DNA from: Vicugna vicugna
Taxonomy: Eukaryota
Length of the DNA stretch: 64,000 nucleotides
Assembly: GCA_013265495.1 (NCBI GenBank)
Contig: MU058384.1
Location: forward strand, 2,579,010 to 2,643,009
Reading direction: 5' to 3'
The position numbers and the translations under genes were made by a program. Below, one piece after another: positions 38,401 to 53,731 of the stretch (the first letter of the stretch is position 1; each line of letters opens with the position of its first letter). The notes under the pieces are model-generated. The model had not been told where the DNA came from. It saw only the letters and a list, made by a program, of their open reading frames with translations, and did not search any database.

Positions 38401-41400
38401 GAAAGGCCATTCTCTTTCCTTATAGCTAGACAACCATCTCCTTCACTGACTGACTAATTTTAAAAAGTTAAAAGTCAACTCTTTCCCAAGTTTGCAAAGC
38501 TCAGGTTTTTCTCTAGCAAGAGCAAAGTTTTCGTGACCCTCCTCTAAGGGTTCCTCCATCCCCAGAACATGGCCCTTCTGCCCTTCCCACTGTAGCCTGA
38601 GGGTCCGCAGATGTGCGCTTGTGAAGCGCCAACGCCACCGGCCAGAGGATGCCAGGGGTGTGGAAAGCGTAGCCAGGTGGCTCTCTGGCCAGCAGTCAAG
38701 TACCCTTTCCTGGCCTCCAAGGGCCAGTCTGTCTCTTATCTCCAGAGGGATCTATTTTGAGCAGTCTGGAGGGGCAGCCACGTAAAACTGACCCCAGCCT
38801 GTGGTCCCGTGGGATCTCATCAGTGGTACACGCATGTCGTGTACCAGACACGCAACAGGGACAAGTGTCTGCTTGCGTGTGCGGGCATGTGCGGACCTCA
38901 CGTAAGGCACAGGCGGATTCTGGCCCTTCTGCTGTTACCTTGCGCAATGGCATCACCGGGTTCCTGGGTTTCCTTTTCTTCTTTCTCCTCCTGGACACAG
39001 GAAGCAGCTGCCATCTGGGCGAGGGCCGACGCACAGTTAGCTGCCACTCCTTTAGAGGAAACAAAAAATTACCCCTTAACTGAGTTTATTCTCAGACCAT
39101 TCACCTGGCAGAAACCCTTCTAGAAGACGTGTTGCCCACGAGGGCCACTGCAGATGCGTTCGGTGGGGACGGCCCTCAGGCCGCAGGTCAGGGAAACTAT
39201 GCCTGCCGGTACCTAGAGCACAGCTCAGCCGCGCTGCTTTCCGCAGTCCATCGAGGCTCATGCAGATGGCATCGCGTTCTTTCTGGTTCTGCTCTTTGAT
39301 GCCTTCAGCTCCCAGAATGAAGGCCAGCCCTTTGGAGCTCCCTGCCATCCGGCCGGTCAGCGGGGTAGATAAAGTATCGATCAAGTTCTTCCAGCAGCCA
39401 ACCAGAATGTAGCGAGCAAACGCCACACCTAGAATGTGAAGGGGCACAGGTTACCTTCCGGAGGCAAAGAACAACCTGGCAATGAATGGCACGGGGTTCT
39501 CTGCCCATGCTGTTAGCAACACTGAGTTGTGTGCAATTCTTCTACAGGAAATACAACGGGATGGATGATACTAGATTGTGTTTCACTTCGTGCTTATAAA
39601 TAATGCATGTTGCATCCGCGGCTGTATGATGCTAAGAACTTCCATCAGGTACTTTTTCTGCCAAGAAAAAAATCTTACTTCATTTATGTCAGCACAGAAA
39701 GCTGCCACATAATAATTAAATCGCTGGTAACACATGTGGTGGATGTATATTCATAAACTCAAGACCCAAGTCACTACCTGCCACCGTGCAGTCATCGATT
39801 CTCCTGCCCTGGGTGAAAGGAGACTCCGTAGATGCCGAGGCCATCAGCTGCCCTCCAATTGCACTGCTTTCCAAGCCGTCGATATCTGTCAAGGAAAAAG
39901 GGCAAGATTATCCCTGATGAGAACACTCCAGTCAAAAACAAACAGCCACCAAAATAGCCCCCCCCAACAAATAGCCATTGGATCTATTTGTACCCCAAGT
40001 AGGCAGCAACCTTTTGTCAGAATATTACATTTTTTATTTTATTCACATAGTTTTCTTTCACTGTGGGAATATTCTTCTGTTAGGCTAATGAGTACTTTTA
40101 ATTTGAAAAAATAAAGATAAACTCTGATATCTGCTGTTAGAAAATCTATTGATTTAGAATATTTTGACCTTTGGATACTCCCTTTTATTCAAAACCATGC
40201 CATTATTCCCATATTTTATATATACAGGTTACTCCAACGTGGATTTGTCTTCCATAGTTTTCTCATAAGAATTAAGAGGAGGACAAGCCTCTTTGGTCAG
40301 ATAAGCATATAATTTGATTCAAAAGCACAATACTTTAATAATGATACCTTACAATTTTCAAAGTGTTTTCACATAACATTTTTTGCATTAGCTCTTCCCA
40401 ACAACACCAAGTAGGTAGGCAGGGTAGATATTATTTTTCCTGTTTCACACAGGAGGAAATAAGTATTCAGAGTAAACTGCCCAAGGTCATGGGGCTGGCA
40501 AAGGAAGGAATTAACTTAGTATTCATGTCTTCTGACACCTATCCAGGTGTCTTTCCATGACACCAAACTCCAGCTCAATACAGGATTCTAATTCACCCTA
40601 TTTAAATTTTTGTTAAAACAAACTCTCATCTACAGAATTAGTTCAATGAACCTCTTCTGGACACAATGGCAAGAAGAGACTGGCTTGGGGCTGAGAGGAC
40701 TGGGCTGCTCAAGTGCGGACAGACCAGTTTCACCGAAATTATTTTGACTTATAGTCAAATGGTCTAACGGCATTTGCCGGAAATTATCATTTATCAAAGC
40801 TACGTTTCCTATGTGCTAGGTAAAGGACTGATGAAGTCAAGCCTCTCAGAGGTTACCTGAGTGCTCAGTCCCACAGTGCTGCAGAACACTTGGACACGAC
40901 ATGAGGCATGGCCACAGGTAGGACACAGTGTGGAGGGTCAGATTCCTGCCACTGCTTTTCCTTGCACATCATGAAAAGATCAGATAGAAGTTTCCAGGCT
41001 CTAGGTTAACTGCTGCTCAAATGCACTTGTCACTTCACACCTGAGATTTGCTACGAAGAATCACAGAACCTAATTCTGTCGAATTCTTATGAAAAACCTA
41101 TGTTTTTCTATCATTGATCTAAAGTGAGATAACTCTCCTATGGATGTAGCAACTGAATTTACTGTTCCATTATAAAAGAGATGGCTGATTAACAGTGATG
41201 ACTGATGAATATGGTCCTATGAAGAGCTGTTATTTGCTCATTTTTACATCCATGGAATGACTCCTTTTACTAAGGTTCAGGTAAGAAATTCAGAGATTAA
41301 TTCTGGCAGAAACTTCAGTATTTGAAAATTAAAGCTGGCGTGTTTAGGATCCTCATCTAAATTCCAAGGCACTTAGAAGCTCTGGGTAGTACCTTTAATC

Positions 41401-44400
41401 TTTACTGAAGGGAGTCTGTGCAGACAGATGGCAACCAAGCATTCGTTATAAGTAAACTGAATAAATGTCTCACACGTGTATGAATTCCTATTTTTCAAAT
41501 GGATTTAAATATTATCATGATTAATAAAATACAAATTTGTCCCCCCAGACTTGTCTGATAATCCTGATCCCTGAAGCTAGGGACCCAGCCGTGCTTCCCC
41601 CAGCTCCATCCTAGTTCTGGAACCAAGACTCCAAATGCCAGACAATGACCAGGATGCTGCCTGCTATGGGCAGACCTCACTGGATGTTTTAACTCCCTGC
41701 ATGAGTCCTAAACCGTGTCTCCCTGCAAATTCCTCAGTGTTGGGTTCTACTCTGCCACCTTCATAAGAGCCTCCAATACCGACCACAGGCAACATAACAT
41801 ATCCATTGGACAGCAGATTCTGTCCCAGGCCAGTGCTGGTCCTGCCACTCTGCCCTGCCTGGTGCAGAGCCACGCCGAGCTGTGTGAGGACATGTGGCAC
41901 CACAGAGAGGGCAGGGAAGGCGTCATCTAGGGTCATGCTCTACTTATCCTGCCATGAGACGATCACTCAGATCAGACACAAGACGAGCCCAGAGATCTAA
42001 TTTAGTAAGGCTCCTGACGACCAGTCCAATCTTCTGAGCACTCCCCAATCTTTACGTGATATTGTGGCTATGCCATGCAAAGCCATGATTGTCTGCTTTC
42101 ACCTAAACCACTGCCTCGTAACCACACCCCATACTTCCCTCTCTGCTCTTGTGTGAAATTTCTAAGAGTTAAGTAGGATACGGAAGACAAAGATGCTAGG
42201 GAACTATTTGGCATTATTTTTAACTCCGGTCAGCTAAGAAGGAAAAGGAAGACCTCTTATATGGACAAGAAATAGGAATGAAGCCAAGTTTAAAATCACC
42301 CTTTTTACATTTACTGGCAAATTCCCAGGAGCACTGAGTGATGCAGGGAATCTATGAGCACGTGAGAGTTTCCAGGAATGATTCTGGTCTTTGCACCCAG
42401 ACAGTCCTTCGTATCCCCAGAAGAGGTCTACAGTTTCATCCCAACTGACACAGGCGCTAAGTAATTCCTCATCTAATGGGGCACGGTGAGCTCTGCAGCG
42501 TCCCATGTGGAAAGAACAGAAAGCTCTTGTGAGGTGAATTCGTGACTTCCCTGGAACTGTCACCCACTGCCTGGGAAGCTTTGTGGGTGCTATTTCAAGG
42601 TCTGCTTCAAATAGTGCTGATTTTCTGAAAGGGGCTTTGAAGAGTGAGCCCTCCCACCCCACGGAGGGCCACGGAGCCGAGCCTGGAACCACTGACCAGT
42701 CAGCATGGTGATGAGGGGCAGGCTGTTATCCTCGGGGCTGCCCCAGTAGCCAGCTTCCCCGAGCATGTTTCTGTCAAGAACCTGGTGGTAAAGTTCCTCA
42801 ATCCAGGCCTGGGAGAAGACCATCAGCACCCCGCTGCTCTGGACCTGCTTCATGAACTCTTTCTGCAGAGAAGAAAGATCACAGGACAAAGGCCAAATAC
42901 AACCCCCTGCAAACGAGCAGGCCCCCATGTTCCTCTGCTGCCTCTTCACATCCCCTGAGTCACTGAGTCACCGAGCCACCGTGCACAGGAAAAACAAACC
43001 TTGTTGACTGGGGGCCAGCGCGGCAAGGGAAGGGGAAACTGCGATGGAAAAGTCCGACCCAAACTTCATGAAGGTCTTTCATTTATGCTCTTTTTAAGAA
43101 ACTAGGTAGAAGGAACGGAGATACTGCCTTTTATATCTTTACCCTTTGATGCGTGGAGGATTAAAAACAGCTCAGAAATGTTTAACAGAGCACCTCTTCA
43201 CTGTCCCAACAGCAGCAGATGTGGCATGTAGAGGACATATGTCTCAAGAGATACATGACTTACCCTCGTGAAGCCACCACTCACCCTGGGAAGTGTACAA
43301 TCAGTCAGTTGTTTATCAAACAAATGATTGATGATCCCTTCACACAGCTCCGTGGATTTAGGCTCCCGAAATGGTACCAGAGCCCACCACACAGGTGCGT
43401 GCTCAGGCACGGGAGCCAACCACAGGAGAGGCCCCACCACCCCCATCACCTTCCAGGAGGTGCTTTGTTACCAACATTAGTGAGCTTAGCTCTGGGTCCT
43501 GAGTAGGTCTGGGGGTTTAGAACTCAATGAAGGGTTTTTGTAATGGCACACGTTCATTTTCAGCAAAGGGGACCATTCTCTGCACATTTCCTGATGTCAC
43601 TTAATATCCCGATCACATTTTTGAATGTGTCTTACATGCAGGTGTTTAATGCCACCGGATGAAGTTACTGGGCCACTGACAGGTGGCCACGGTGGGGCAC
43701 ATGGGGTTCTTCACTCCTGGAGCAAGCCGGGTAGCTCCACGGTTCACCACGCTGTGCGAACCACACAACAGTTCCTCAGCATCACGTCTGTCCGCCCGCC
43801 CTCCGTGGTCCCACAGGCATCACCCGTTCCAGAGCAGTGCGGGGCAGAACACACCGGCCAGCCTTCTCAAGGCAAGGATGCTCGGCATGGCTGTGGAGAC
43901 GCACACTCACCATGGTGCCCGGCGCCAGAGTGGGCCGCTTCCGGTAGTAGTCCCCATGGGAGAGCTTCAGGTTGAGCAGCAGGGCACAGTGCGCAGCCCA
44001 GTACAAGCTGTCCGCGTTCATGAGCATCTGCAAGCCCAGGCTGCTGTTCACATCAAATCCAGGGGAGTGCATCATGCCTAGGGGAGAGGACCAGAGAACT
44101 TCAGGCAATCTGCTGGGCAAGACCAGCTTACAGAGAGCCAACGTGAGGGACAGGAACATCTCGTAGGGCACTGCTATAAGATAACAATAGTCAGCAAGGA
44201 GTAGGGCTAGGAATAGATAAGCGCACTAGCCTGGAGGGAAGATACTTGGGAAAATCTCTTCTGTTACTCACCAGCTGCTTTGGTAAAATCACTTAAACCC
44301 GCTAAGCCTCATTTTGTTTACCTAGAAATAGGGCTCTGTCTCCTGCTCACATTTGCCAATGGCTTCCCATCTCGATATAAGAAAGCCTGACCTCCCCACC

Positions 44401-47400
44401 CCCCTTCTTCATACTCCCCGCAGTCACCCAAACCGGCCCATGTTCCTTGACTTTGCCAAGCCCGGGCCTGCCTCAGGGCCTTTGCATTTGTTTTCGTCTC
44501 TCCCCAGAATGGTTTCCCAAGATCTCTGGATAACTTGATGTCTCAGTTCTTTTAGGGCTCTGCTCAAGTGTCAGCTTTTCAGAGACGTTCCTCTTTAATT
44601 CCATCTAAAATAGCATCTCTCCCACCTACTACCACTCCCTGCAATATTCCCCCTCACCATGCATTTTTCTTCATTGCCTTAATGGCATTCACTTATATAT
44701 ATATAATATATATTTATTTATTTATTGTCTACCATTACTACTATCTGCAGGGTCCCATGTGGAAAGAAGAACAGAAAAAAAAGATCTGTGAGAGGGTGAG
44801 ACTTCATTAGTTTTGTTCACTAGGGAACCCCAGTGCCTAGAACAGTACCTGGTACACAGCAGTCACTAAAATTGTTTGTTGAATGAATAAGAAGGAATGA
44901 ACAAGTTTGCTAGGACAACCAGATGCAATAACACATTTAAGATGCTTAGTGCAGTGACTCATAAGTACATACTTTTCTAAAGGTAATATTAGTCCTCAGA
45001 AAGCTAAACACAGAATTACCATATGAACCAGCAATTGCACTTGTAGGAGTGTACCCAAAAGAACTGAAAGCAGGGATCTGAACAGATACTTGTATGCCAA
45101 TATTCACTACAGCAACTGAAACAAATAATAATGTATAAAAAAAAACCCTTTGAATTGTGCACTTTAAATGCATGCATTGCCTGGTATGAGAATTATATCT
45201 CAACAAAGCTGTTAATAAATGAGGGAAAAAAGTTCCAAAATATATTCAAAGTAATAGTATTGGTTTCCCCCAACTATTTTTCAAAACATTGTTTTATTGT
45301 TTTATTTAATCGTATGGTTTTCATTTTGAAAAGCCCCTGTGTTTTCTACAACTGGAAAAACAAAAAACAATGTCTCATGTGCTAAGGATAGCCTCATTTA
45401 GCCAGAGAGGGCTGGACCTTGTTCAAACTTTCACAGACAGCTTGGGGGTGACCAAAACTGCCACGCCCGCTTCTCCTCATCTGGTCCTATGTCAGCCTCA
45501 GCACTATACTTGTTCTGCAAACACTCTGAGGCTGGATTCAGAGATGTAAATCCAGGATTTGTCACATAAATTTAGCATTAGCCCATCCTAAATATGTGCA
45601 TGCAAATGACATGCATCCACATACTCTTCAGAGCAGAGCTAAAACCATCCTTTAATCAAAAATGTGCCTCTTACACGAAGTGTAAACATTCTTAAGGATT
45701 ATCAGTCAAATAAGCGGGAAATACAAATTTGCAACTGGAATGTTTACTTATGTACCTGTGGACTTCTTAATGAAAATGCTAGTAAGAGGACATGGATCAG
45801 AAGATGCCCTTGAAGTTGAAAAAACTTCAAGATCTCTGTTCCGTTTCTTGCTGGGAGTGAGTCTGTATATGATTCCAACAAAACCACTGGAGACAGGCCA
45901 AGGTTAGGCATTCCCTTTGCCTTTCTTACAGAGTTCTGTAAAAACTTTGCAGCTGCCTTGACAGATTCTTTTACTGAGTGTACTTTGCAATCACGGGCTG
46001 AGGTGCATTTACAAAAGGAAGGTGGAGTTGAGAGTGGGCTTTTAAATGACATCCTTGATCAGGACACCAGCAGTGTGCCTCGGCCCTGATGGTCCAGAGA
46101 AACCCTCCGCACTCTTGAGGTCCTGGTGAGCTGGTTCCAGGTTTCTGGATGAGATAAGGCACAAGATCGGTTTCCTCCCATGGTACACAGAAAGTGGCAT
46201 TCAGCACTGCTGGGTATTTAGCAATCCTGGATCACAGGGGGAAGGGAATATTTAAGTCTATGAACCCGGAAAAAAAAAAAATCTGCAAGTGGCTTTGACC
46301 TTAGATATCAGTAATAATTTCTTAAAAAAAATTTGAAACCAGCTGCTATTTACCTTGGAATTTATTTTCAAACCTGAGCACATGCTCAGAAGCTGAAGGT
46401 AAAAAAAAGCTAATTTGTCTGCTGACATGAGTACCCAAATCATTAGCAGAGGTGTGACAAAGCCTGGAAAGGCACTGCTGGTGGTGATGCCGAGTTCTGA
46501 AATAATTTGTGAGACCCGTTTGGGGCAATCTGTTGGTACTGGCCTGTATCTCTATGCAGATTAATTTCTGACATTTACAAACAACTGGCAAATTTGAGAA
46601 TAAAGCAAAAAAGACGCATAATCTAGTAATTTAAGGATGACAGTAATTTTCTTGATTTACCAGATATAGTTCATTGGTGATATTAATAATAATGGAAATA
46701 ACATGATAGCTGCAATTTATTAAATGCTTTCTTTTTTCTAGAACCAGTCTCTTCTCATACATCACTTCATTTGATATATAATATTAATGTATATATATAT
46801 TATATTTCAAGTGTCCCACCTTATTTTACTAGTAAGGAAAGCGTCTTGAAAATGTTAAGTAATCTGCCCAAAGCTACATAGCTAGAAATTGGCAAAGGTC
46901 TTTTGGACCCAAATTTCAGACTTTCTGCGCTCTGTCATGCTGTCCTTGTTTCTAATATTGGGGAAAGAGCCCACTCTAGCATGGCCCTCTCTAACAGAGA
47001 CTCTGTTTCCATGCATCCTTCTGATTGGTCCCATTGAAGTGTCATCAAATTTGGGGTGACAAATGATAGTAACTAAGATCTTTAACATATTCTGGCTATT
47101 TTTTCCAGTATTCTGTAACTAAAGTTCCCTCTATATTTAAGAGATTCTTCACTGTCAGTAATAGGAGGACGGATCCCTTGACTGGTTACCAGTGGAAGAC
47201 TGGATACAAGATTGGCATAAAATGACCTCGAAAAGTACCTCCCATGTCTAAGATAATTTGATGTTTCTTTTTAAAAATAAACATTAAATACTTGATGTAA
47301 AAAGTTAACAGTACTGAAGAGTGTAAACAGTGAGAGTGATGGCCCTGCCTCTCCCAAGCCCCGGTGATACTCCTTCCCAGAAAGACTCGCTTCTTTCTGC

Positions 47401-48722
47401 GGGTCCCGTGGAAATACAGTCACAGATGAGATCATACGACACACACTGTACTGCAACTAGGTGTTTTCTAAACAGTCTATCTTAGACATCTCTTGATATT
47501 GGCACCTACAGATCCGCCTCATTCTTTTTTAAGAACTGTGCAGATACCACTGCATGGTTGTACTGTGATTAGTTAATGCTTTATTGCTAGACACTTATGT
47601 ATTTTCTATTATAAAAAATAATAAAATGATGAAATAACTTTCAACACTTCTGCAAGAGTATCTGTGGGATATGTTCCTAAAAGTAGAATGAATACATACA
47701 TTAAGCTTGATAGATGTAGCCAAAATATCTTCCAAATTTTTCCTCCTACCAACTGTGCTTGAGAACACTCTTATACCCACTCAACAATCCAGGGCATTAT
47801 CAACTTTTTAAACCTTTGTAATAAGATTACATGATTATGCTTAGTAACAAATTTCCTTAATGAAGTTCATTAATTTTTACATAGCATTACTGATTTATTT
47901 TCTGATAGAAATTTTAAGAAAAACTTTCTAGCGATTTGGAAAAAGGTACAAAGAAGGAAATGAAAATCTATAATCACACCATTCTGAAGTAAGTGTTAAC
48001 AGCATTTTGATGTTAATTTTGAATCCTTCTTTAAAATAACATTATGACCACTAGCTATATCATTAAATATTATTTGAACACATCATTTTAAATGGCTACA
48101 TGATATCATAAATAAATGTACTCTAATTCATTTAACTTCTCCCTTATTTGGGGGCATTTAGGCTATTTCTAATATTTTTGCTGTGAAATAATGCTGCCAT
48201 ACACGTTTTGATATATACAGCTCTGCCTGAGTTTCTGTTCCTTCAGTATAGATTCCCAGGAGCCAGCGAGATGCCAGGCTTCCATGGGTCTCTCTGTCAG
48301 GACTTGGAAGACTATCACACATTTGCTGGTCTACAGTTTTTGAGTCTGTGGCTGGTTTTTCACCAGGGCAAATTGACTCCAGAGGTTTCTGGGTTCTTCA
48401 ACAGCATTTCAGGTCTACCCGTCCATTTATCCATGCCTCCGTCCACCCCTCCACCCAGCCACCCTCACATTCATGAGGTGGTGTGACGATTCAGTGTATG
48501 GTCTCTGGAGCCAGACTGCTTTGGTTCATATACTGGCATCACCATTTCATAGCTGTGTACCTTGGGTAACTTGCTACTTAACCTCTCTGGCCTCAGTTTT
48601 CTCATCTGTAAAATGAGGATAATAACACTACCTACTCTATGGGGTCATGAGTATTAAATGAATTAACATACGTAAAACCCTTCGACAATGCAGGGCAGAC
48701 AGGAAGTGCTGTTAGTGTCAGC

Positions 48723-48762
<40 letters not shown>

Positions 48763-51700
48763 GTGAGGACGTATACATGAGCATATTTATATGCTGAAAA
48801 ATGACTCTAAGAAAAGATACAAATATATTTCAGAGATAATCTCTGGGTGGTGTGACTATTGTTTATTTTTTATCTTTATATTCTTATGTTCTCCAAATTT
48901 CATAACTCACAAATGCCAAGATGCTGGAGGAGGATTTGGTTAGACTATCTATTCCCTAATCCTATTTCTAGAATATTTCTCTTCCCTCCTTTATTAAAGC
49001 AAGCAAGCAAACAAATCCTCATCTTTTGAGGCTCATGCCATCTGGCCACATCTTCCACCCTTCCTAAAATCTCTCATTCATGACATGCCAGACACATCTA
49101 TGTTCACTGCTGACTTTGGTCTCCTCTTCACCCTGACACCCCCTGCCACCATCCTGCCTCTGGAGGGACAGCTCATCCATCACAGGTCCTCTTGACAACC
49201 ACCTCACCCACCATTCCATCTACCCTGCGTCCTCCACCATCAAGGAGGACTAGCATTCTGAATCATGTCACCCCACCCCAGGGTTCTACCTCAGGTGTCA
49301 CTTATTCACATGGTCCCCTCTCCTGACTGGATCTTCTGTTTGCTTATTCAGACACTCCTACCGTTAGGTAGTTAGATAAGTTGGGGCACCGGGTAGATAG
49401 GTGGAGGAGGGAGAGGATGGTCTAGAAGAAGGCAATATGCCCGCCTTCAGCATAAAGGGGCTTCACTTCCTCTACATGAGTGCCAGTTAACCAGTGCAAG
49501 AAACCAGTTAGAATCCAACAGCTGCAACTCCTAGGTAGCAACAAGGACCTAACCCGACATGACCCAGTGCTCGCAGTAATGTAATTAGCAGTGCGGTTTA
49601 GGCACCCCCACCATGGGTTTTTCTGTGTGCATCATGGGTACAGACATGTGCAAAAGGGGATGAACATGACTGAGCACTCCAAAGTCAAGAGCCATCAATC
49701 AACCAAGAGACCACCTCTAAGCAACGGTACAAGAGAAGCGGCAAACAGAGACTACGGCTGTCTGCCCTTGGATCAGCCACCTCCCATCCTTAGAGGTGTA
49801 CTTTCCCTTTGCTAATAAAGCCTTTAAAATCTTTCACAACACCTTGTCTCCCATTTGAATTCTTATCTTTCGGTCTGGACAAGAACTGGGGTCTTTCCCC
49901 TTCCCTTTTTGGGGTTATGCCGCTACACCAGATTTTGATGATGCTCATCTTTCTCCCACATGTTCTACTGCCCTTAAGCCTCAGGATAAGTAAAGGAAGT
50001 ATTCCTGTCATCCCTGCATCACAGATAGGGAATCTGATGTTAAAAGAAAGGGTAGTACCATGGTCACAGAGCTGTTAGTGGTAGAGCTGGAAACTGCAGT
50101 CAGATAATCGTGACCTCAGCACCTGAGCTCTTGACAGCACTGTATGGCCTCACGTACTATGTACGTCCATACTTACACCTGTATTTATGTAAAATTCCTG
50201 GCAAACTAGCTTTAATTCTATCTCTTTCTATAGGAGACAACATTTGAGAATGGAAATGACTAATGATATTATTGTAAGGATAACTCTAAATCTACACTCA
50301 GTTTTTACAACAAAATATGGTGCTGTATTAGAAGCTGTCAGTGGTTACTCAAAACAATTCTCTTCTTTCTTAGTAGCAGAATCCTGATCTACTTGGGTTT
50401 CAATGTCCCCTGTCTTCCCTGCAACTGGGAGAGGCCAGTGAGGTCGAGGTTGTTATGTGGAGCCTCTAGAGAGCTCCTTAAAACAGCCTTACTGAGCTCC
50501 TTGCTTGGACCTGGATGTGAAGACTGCAGCTCCACCAGCAGTAGCCATTCTCGGTAAGTGAGGAAACCTTCGTTAGGTTGCACGTTAACAAGGGTGGAGC
50601 AGAAAGACAGGGGAGGCCTGGGTCCCAGATCATCACAGAGTGCCGGATGGCCTACCCCAGACTTAATTGAGGGGGAAGGAAATGAATCTTTCTTCCATAA
50701 GTAGTCATTCGAGTTCCCTAATCTACATAAACAAACCTAATCCTTACCTGGCAGAGGTGAGAACTTCTGCCTGTATTTCACCTTCCATATTCCACAAAGA
50801 TACTGAGATAAATCTGTATCACCATCTCTTGGAGGTTTAAATCACAGGGTCAAAACCTGAAGCTGGCAATAACATACTTGCCTTCTGGTTTTGTGTTCAC
50901 AAAGCCAGAGCTTCTCCCAGAGACCTTCTGAGAAGGTGATGAGAGGAGGGAGGAAGCAGTGAAGCAGAGAAGGGAGACCCCTGAGTGGGTAGGGGTGGGA
51001 GGTCTGTGGCTCCTGGCTGCCTGGCAGCACCTGGAAGGTTGGCAGGACCCCAGAGGAAGACATAGGATGTGCAAAGGGGCTCCGGGCCTTGCCAGAGCAT
51101 TCCAGGCCCCATTGGCAGGGAAGTAGCAAAAGCATGGGACCTCCAGAAGGCCTGTGAAGTGGCACAAGAGGAGCTCACTGGCGAGCAGGACCCTGTGAGA
51201 CCTTCCGGGGACAGACCCCTCCCCCACGTCCTCTGCTATAGCTCCTCTCTGAAGTCCCCAGATAACAGCGTCTCATGCATATTTCCTGAGTTTTTCAGGT
51301 GCTAAAACCCACCACCAAATGGAAGAAATTGACGACTTGATGATAGTGAGTTTGTGGCCCCCAGACCTGTTGGCTCCTAGGGGTAGATAGTGTTGACTGC
51401 CCTGTTCCCACAACATCAACCAGAGAATTGTGCACCAGCCGATCACGTACCCTGTGACCCCACTCCCTTACCTGGCCCTTAAATAGGCTTTGCTGAAGCC
51501 CTTTGGAGAGTCTGGGGTTTTCTTGGGCATGAGCCACCCCACCCTTCTTGCTCGGCCCTGCAATAACCTTTCTCCTTTCTGAACTCTGACGTTCTGGTTT
51601 GTTTGAACTCAGTGTATCAGGCACTGAAACTTGCGTTTAAGGGGTGAGGGGCCTCCCCACCCAGATCCCACATAGGCTCCAGCTTCTGGTTTTACCCTGG

Positions 51701-53700
51701 GATGGGACCCTGAGGGCTGGCAGAGGTCAAGTGTCTGGCCAGCTCTACAGGCTGCGGGTCTGGAGTCAGATGCTTTAATTTAAAGAAACAAGTATTTCTT
51801 GCACAACTGAGATTCACACTAGCTACACGAACGTTTATAAACATCAAGTTGCTTGCAATAAGCCTCACATGTGGTCACAGTCAGCCTCAAGATCATAACC
51901 AAACACCACTAATCTAAGGAACAGCAATCCCAAAGCCACGTGCCTGTGCCACTCTCAGTGGCTGTGTGAGACTGCCTCTTGCTTTCTGGTCCCTGAGGAG
52001 CCACCTTAGACAGATGCCACTTCGTTCTGTACAGGATCAGAGGCGTGTCGGCAGCTGTCACAGCTCATATCCAATACTGTTCTTATAAAACCCATGTTTG
52101 TCGGAGGGCTTTCAAAGAAGAAACTTTATTTGCTTTCAAAGGAAAATCACGTAGAATTAAGGAGGCTCATTTCAACTGTATGTTAACTGTCTGAAGATAG
52201 GAGCCCCTGAGAATCGCTGAGTGAGGCTGATCTCAGCCAGGAGGACAGACCCTGCTAACCAGTCAGGGACAAAGGCTCGGTGGGAGTTTTTGGCAAAATA
52301 AGCTTTTGACACAGGAGTAAATAATGAGTGAAATATCTGGGTTATGACTCCAGGAGACATTCTCTTCTCCCTTTCTCCTGTTCTTGCTTTCATAACTTTC
52401 TTTTGGGTGAACAAAGGAAATCTGTCATCTCCCTTGTCTTGCAGGGTACATGTTTCTCTTTCACTCATCTTTCATCTCGGAGGTGACACCAGCAAGGGGA
52501 GCGGGAGCTCTGCCTCAGGCTGGATGTGGACCCAGCATCCAGTAGCTTCGGGTGACCCACAGCGAAATCGCCCTGTTCTAACAGCATCAACCAGTCAGAG
52601 AATTGTGCATGATCGGATCACGAAGTGTCAATGTGATCCACAAAACCACTAGACCTCAGTGGTAACCGAAGAAAATCAACTTATCGGAGGCGGGACCACA
52701 GAGTGACAGGTCTGTAATTCAGATATAGAGACCAACTCCTAGTTGGTAAAAGCACTGTGGAGGTCACTAGAATTAAAAAGGCAAATGACTAACAACTTAG
52801 TTTAATAATCACTAAAAACTATGTTTGGAAACAAAAGATTTTGAAGTCTCTTTTCAATGTGTTGATTTCTACATGTAAAAATTAATGTCATATTATATTG
52901 GGTCTGATGGAACATTGCATAGACCTCTAAAACTTGAGCAGTTTGCAGCATTCACGGAGCCTCATTCTCACCACATAAAACATTCACTCGAACCCCATTG
53001 TGCACGTGCTACAAATGAGTATTGATTTGAAAGACATGAAAACACAAATGTGAAGGTTTGCTTTAGCTTCAAATTTTGTAAGACTCTGCGAGGATTCTAT
53101 TTCCCAATTCTCATAGGAAATGAGGCAGAGTCCTGAGAAGCCGGTCTTGGTCTTTACCACTGCAATAACTCATTTAATCTGGAATTACTGGGGGATCTTG
53201 CTTATCAACAAGAAGTTATCTGAGCGCTAAACTTTACGTACTTAAATGCTGAAACTTCTATAACTGAGTTACTTTGTTTAGCTAATTTTCATTTTAAATA
53301 GAAGAGCCTAAATATAATTTTACCATTTCTTGATGACTCAGGCCATTATTACTGTAACCAGGGGCGGTGCTGTGATCTGACATAGAGCTGTTTGGGGGGA
53401 TCACTGACGTGTGCTGGACCGTCTGCCTTGCCACCTGGGACACCACACCGGTCAGAGCAGGTGGTTGATTTCCTCTCCCCATGACTACTTCCAGCTGGGA
53501 AGAGGCCCTAACAAACCCCTTCCAACTACGGCTTTATCCTTGACTCCTTCAACTCATGAACGATTCACATCTCTAGTGATCAAAGAGCAAGTTCATCAAT
53601 CTGCAGTCATAAATATTTTTGAGAATAAACTTTGCATATCTTGCACCCTTAGCACATAGCACAGTGACATCTCTCTATAAATGCTGACTGAAGAAGCATT

Positions 53701-53731
<31 letters not shown>

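Noticed and set aside
40857..40878. Possible 22-nt microexon (ctgcag|...CAG|gtaacc)
   Set aside because: Not frame-preserving, poor pyrimidine tract, and exons F and G already join in frame.
50743..50760. CTTACCTGGCAG matching the U1 snRNA 5' end
   Set aside because: Only about 12 nt match with no continuing U1 body; it is simply a donor-like sequence on the minus strand.
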